From Octopus bimaculoides (lineage: Eukaryota), in the NCBI RefSeq assembly GCF_001194135.2, contig NC_068993.1, positions 14,239,005 to 14,282,753 on the forward strand: a stretch of DNA of 43,749 bases, given 5' to 3'. The stretch's first letter is position 1, and every line of letters begins with the position of its first letter. The notes beneath the pieces were generated by a model. The model searched no databases, was not told the DNA's origin, and saw nothing but the letters and a program-made list of their open reading frames with translations. Positions 39,501 through 43,749 of this stretch are shown piece by piece. The position numbers and the translations under genes are program-made.

Positions 39501-41600
39501 GGACATGGTGTGCCATAGCTGCTGAAAAGCATCTCATGCTGACAGTTATGTTTCCTAAGCTCACCCTAGGTATCCTTAATCTGCCTTGCATCTATATCTG
39601 TTTAAATCTTTCTCCGGATTGAAGCAACTTGAGTGGATGTGGAAGTAGCATAACAGACTGCAGGATATAATCAAACAAATTATGCAAGGCAAACCATTTG
39701 TGAATCGATATTGCAAGTGTGCATAAGAGCAAAGTATTCGGATAAACCCCCAGCAGTAAATCACACCATCTTGTGAAATACGCCTATGGGCCTTTACTGG
39801 ATTGTCGATTAAGAAGTGTGCCACCTAAGTACAGGATTCGATTTTTTCACCAGTGCATCTTCACACCACAACGTGTGGCACGGTGCCTTCAATAGATATA
39901 GTATTTGTTGTTTTGTCTATGTGAATCAACATCGATATTGTTTTTATAAGCGTGCTGGCTTAACGAAAAATATACGACCAGACGAATAATAATATTTTCT
40001 AATATTATAATATTAAAACAATAAAAGCGAAAATTAAGAAAGCTTATGCTACAAGGGTATATAAATTTCTAATCATGCCTTATATCCATATATCTGTCTG
40101 TTTTATTCTCTATAGAAAAACTTGCAACATAAAATAATAAAGCAAAATCGAAAGCATTCAAAAGAAAAATAAATAAATGCAAGTAGATAAAAATAAGACA
40201 ATAGAAACATTATAGATTTTCTTTTTCTATCTGAGCCATGATAAAACCCGGCCGATGAAGAGGAACGCTCATGTGAATGTTTGGTACATTAATACAACAT
40301 TGTTGAAGAGAAAGGGGGAAAAAAGAGATGATAAAGAAGTCAAAGAACAAAAGAAGTTGAATAAAGGCAAAATAAAAACAAACAAAATAAGAAAGAACAG
40401 CAAATTAAATTATCATTTATCGAGGTTTCAGACAATTTTACGCCAAGACAACATCTAGATCGATATGGTATAAAAATACAAAATCTTCGGTATTACTCAC
40501 TTTCTCACCTTGATTATTTAGAAAATAAAACACTCATCATTTAACATAGTCTTCAAAGTAACATTCTACGCATCGAATACTTCATACATAGAAGAAAAAG
40601 TACCAAAAATGGAAACAGTATAATAAAACGAATAAAAACTAAAACAAAAAAAGAATATGAAATAAGTAAATCTAAAATAAATTTTAAGGCAAACGCTAAT
40701 ACAGTATACAACATATGTACATACATGTTTAATATGTGCGTGTGTGTGTGTGAGTGTGTGTGTGTGTGTATACATATACATATACATACATATTTGCGCA
40801 CACACACGCATACATACACATATGCGTATACGTTTGTGTATATGTATGTACTTCTGTAAGTGTGCGGGTTTGTGTGATTGCCCCTGTCTTTACTTTCTGT
40901 ATTTCATTGTACATTCCTACATACGTACATGCATGCATACACGCATATATTATATACATATGAACATATGTTCACATATATAGAGACATATGTGCATATA
41001 CAATTTGTAAAATACAAGCAAGATAAACAAAATACGAAAGCACTAATACTTTTTTAGTATTTTATATATATATTATACATTTTATGTTGCTTTGTTCCCT
41101 TTGTTTCTTTTACTTATATTTTATTTCATGTATTTTCTATTTATTTTATTTATCCTTATTTCCCTTATACTAGAATGTTTGATAGAATTACTTCAGAGTA
41201 AGAAATCGATCAGTTCGAACACGTTATGTTGTCTTATTGCTCAGAAGCGAGTAATTATATATAAACATTGAGGCAAATCCCCTAATTACATTAGATCTAT
41301 CCCTTCAGACTATTCTACAGGCGCCTATTTATTCAACTAAGAGCTATAGAACCAAATATTTAGGCAATCCTTACACTACAAGTTTAGCACGCTTGTGAGC
41401 CTGAGAATTGTATGTTTACCAAGCTACATACAATGTTTAACACTATTTAAAAGCAGAGAGTGACATGTATGAGTCATCTTCTATAGATAAAAAAAGAAAA
41501 TCAATAATCAAACTGTTTAATCAATGTTGCTAAAGATGTGATAGAAAAGCTTCATCATTTGTCACACAGAAAGTAATGTTAAAATTTCAAATAATAATAA

Positions 41601-41814
41601 TCCTTTCTACTATAGGCAAAATGCCTGAAATCTTGGGGGAAGGGGATAACCGATTACATCGACCCCAGTGCGTAACTGGTACTTATCTCATCAACTTCGA
41701 GAGGATGCAAGGCAAAGTTGACCTCGGTGGAACGTGAAATCAGAACGTAAGGACGGACGAAATTCCTCTAAGCATTTCGCTCGGCGTGGTAACGATTCTG
41801 CCAGCTCACCGCCT
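41601..41814 (-). mobile_element. SINE family A, full length
   Basis: Reverse complement of the family A copy at 23193, with head ending GCCAGCTCACCGCC and an (ATT)n tail. Confidence 0.9.
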
Positions 41815-41825
41815 TTTTTCAAATG

Positions 41826-42008
41826 ATCTTTTCTGCCATAGGCACAGGACCTGAAATTTTGGGAGAAGGGGATAGTCAATTACATCGAGCCCAGTGCATA
41901 ACTGGTACTTATTTCATCGACCCCGTAAGTATGAAATGCAAAGTCGACCTCGACGGAATTTGAACTCAGAACGTAAACACGGACGAAATTACATTAAGTT
42001 CGCTGCCA
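41826..42008 (-). mobile_element. SINE family A, tandem copy
   Basis: Direct repeat of 41601-41770. Confidence 0.88.
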
Positions 42009-42119
42009 TTATTGAAACAATGATAATAATTTTGATTCTTTTTCAATTCGATAAACGGTCAACAGTTTTAAAACGGGGGTCAACTAGAATACCTCTACAA
42101 CAATGTTCAGATAGAAGCT

Positions 42120-42244
42120 AATCATCATTTTCTACTCCAAGCACAAGGTCCGAAATTTGGTGGGCGGAGGCAGTCGAATAGATCGACCCCAGTAAACAAG
42201 TGGTATTTAATTTATCGACCCCGAAAGGATGAAAGGCAAAGTCG
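42120..42244 (-). mobile_element. SINE family A, head missing
   Basis: CAAGGTCCGAAATTTGG...GATCGACCCCAG...ATCGACCCCGAAAGGATGAAAGGCAAAGTCG. Confidence 0.88.
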
Positions 42245-42254
42245 GGAAAAAAAT

Positions 42255-42352
42255 GTTTAACAGCATTTCTCCGAACGCTTTCTCTGAACCTTCGGAGATC
42301 AAATCCTGCCGAAGTCACTTTTGCATTTCATCTCTTCGGTGCTGATAAAAGA
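42255..42352 (+). mobile_element. SINE family A, partial inverted copy
   Basis: GAGATCAAATCCTGCCGAAGTCACTTTTGCATTTCATCTCTTCGGTGCTGATAAAA matches the B-box/body. Confidence 0.7.
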
Positions 42353-43437
42353 AATAAATAGTCATCTCCTGGATTCGATGTGATCGTGTTATTTCTACGT
42401 TGCAATTACTGGCCTTGTACTAAAATTTGAACCTGTAAAGTGTGTCATCTTGCAAGACTTTTCCTCTTAAAAGCAACAATTGTTTTTTTTTATTTATTAA
42501 CATCTACAATGGAATCATGAACTAAAACGAACCTGCTTTCCTCATATCCGGTCATTTTCGCCGGTACAGCTTTCTTCTTTTCGTGTATTTCTTTCTCAGT
42601 TCCTTTCTTTGGCATGCCAAGTCTGAGAGGGGTTGCTCCCCATGTTACCAACACTTGATGTTATTAAAAGTTTCTTCTGCTGATTTCTGGTTATAAATTG
42701 GTGAAACGCTAATATCTCCCACATCTACAACAGCTGGCAGTTGGTGTGCATGCACTCATCGGCACTTGCCTTAAATGAACTTAATTTCCAAAATTCTGTC
42801 TTTGATGTTGTGCAGATATTGGCATGACTCATCAATTCGCATATCATTTATCTTGACATTTCCTGAGTATCTACTCGACAATTTTCTTCTCCGTTTGTGA
42901 CCACTTGCAGCTGATCTAATCACACTTTGATTATAAGATTTCAGCAGTTCGTTCGAAATAGCTACTCATTCTCTCACCAGTTCCTCCAAAAATCCAAATA
43001 AACCTGTTACATAGATATATTCCTTTCCAGAAATTTCAACACATATTTAGTTTGAATGCTTAAGCCATTTTCACAAAAAATATTTTCAAATTTTCTAATA
43101 GCATGGAGAACTATTTTCTCCGAAAATAATGTTAAAATAAAATAGTTCAACTTTATTCAGTACAAGCTTTAGAGGGACCAGTATTAGCTATTTACCCTGG
43201 TTGATTTACACTGAACTTTGAACTGAATTTCATGCAATTCCCCGGTCAATGTAGCTCGTATAACAGTAATAATACTAATTTTGACATAAATACGTTGATA
43301 CGGTTTTATCTTTTGTCACTTACAAGACAATGCTGTCCTTTACGCATTACACGACTGTGAGATTTTAGGATGCAAATTGAAGTAAAACATCGGCCCTTGT
43401 ATCTAGCAGAGACATAGACACGTAGAAGTTTTACAGT

Positions 43438-43475
43438 TTTATCGACTGGTATTTACTTTATCGACCACCAGAGAT
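43438..43475 (-). mobile_element. Small SINE family A fragment
   Basis: ATCGACTGGTATTTACTTTATCGACCAC resembles the family A body. Confidence 0.45.
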
Positions 43476-43749
43476 CCGAACACACAACGTAAAGGTAAGT
43501 ATCTATGTGCTACAATACATTAAGCCGCCTCCACAGATTCTTGCTACTCACTGTCCATGACATATGAATAATACAGCTAAATCAATAGTATACCGCCAAT
43601 CATGCATTACCGAACGTAACAGCATAACTGATGTTGCAGATTTTAAGGTTTTATGCCATTTGCAAAACTCCTATATTAAAAGCTACATAATACTCTTCGT
43701 GTCTATGAAGTATATATGTATGTTATATGCCTGTATATATTTATATATA

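Noticed and set aside
42805-42900. LMLCRYWHDSSI resembling YFQQYWRD
   Set aside because: No AG acceptor at the required phase, and the frame stops soon after.
1-43749. CRISPR arrays, rRNA or true tRNA genes, prokaryotic operons
   Set aside because: No regular repeat-spacer arrays. The tRNA-like heads are SINEs, and the sequence is eukaryotic.

Overview
Eukaryotic, AT-rich, repeat-dominated and essentially non-coding DNA with 16 assembly gaps, most abutting (TA)n/(CA)n microsatellites. The SINE families and microsatellite load look like an octopod cephalopod genome (my recognition, not a database result). All long ORFs in the track are artefacts of N-runs or simple repeats. Supported content: a decayed RTE-clade LINE (8.4-10.1 kb, minus), two decayed DD37D/maT-like Tc1-mariner transposase remnants, at least three tRNA-derived SINE families plus one more dispersed repeat (about 15 copies, several in inverted clusters), MITE/pogo ends, a 574-bp fold-back element with TA duplication, a degenerate hammerhead-like motif and a possible solo LTR. 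The only credible host-gene signal is a well-bounded 126-bp + strand exon (24832-24957) plus a possible upstream micro-exon (20680-20703). Their spliced peptide aligns by eye to the N-terminal extracellular region of Cys-loop ligand-gated ion channels, but with unusual substitutions, so the assignment is tentative. I found no clearly new biological system; the best leads are this candidate gene and the fold-back element.
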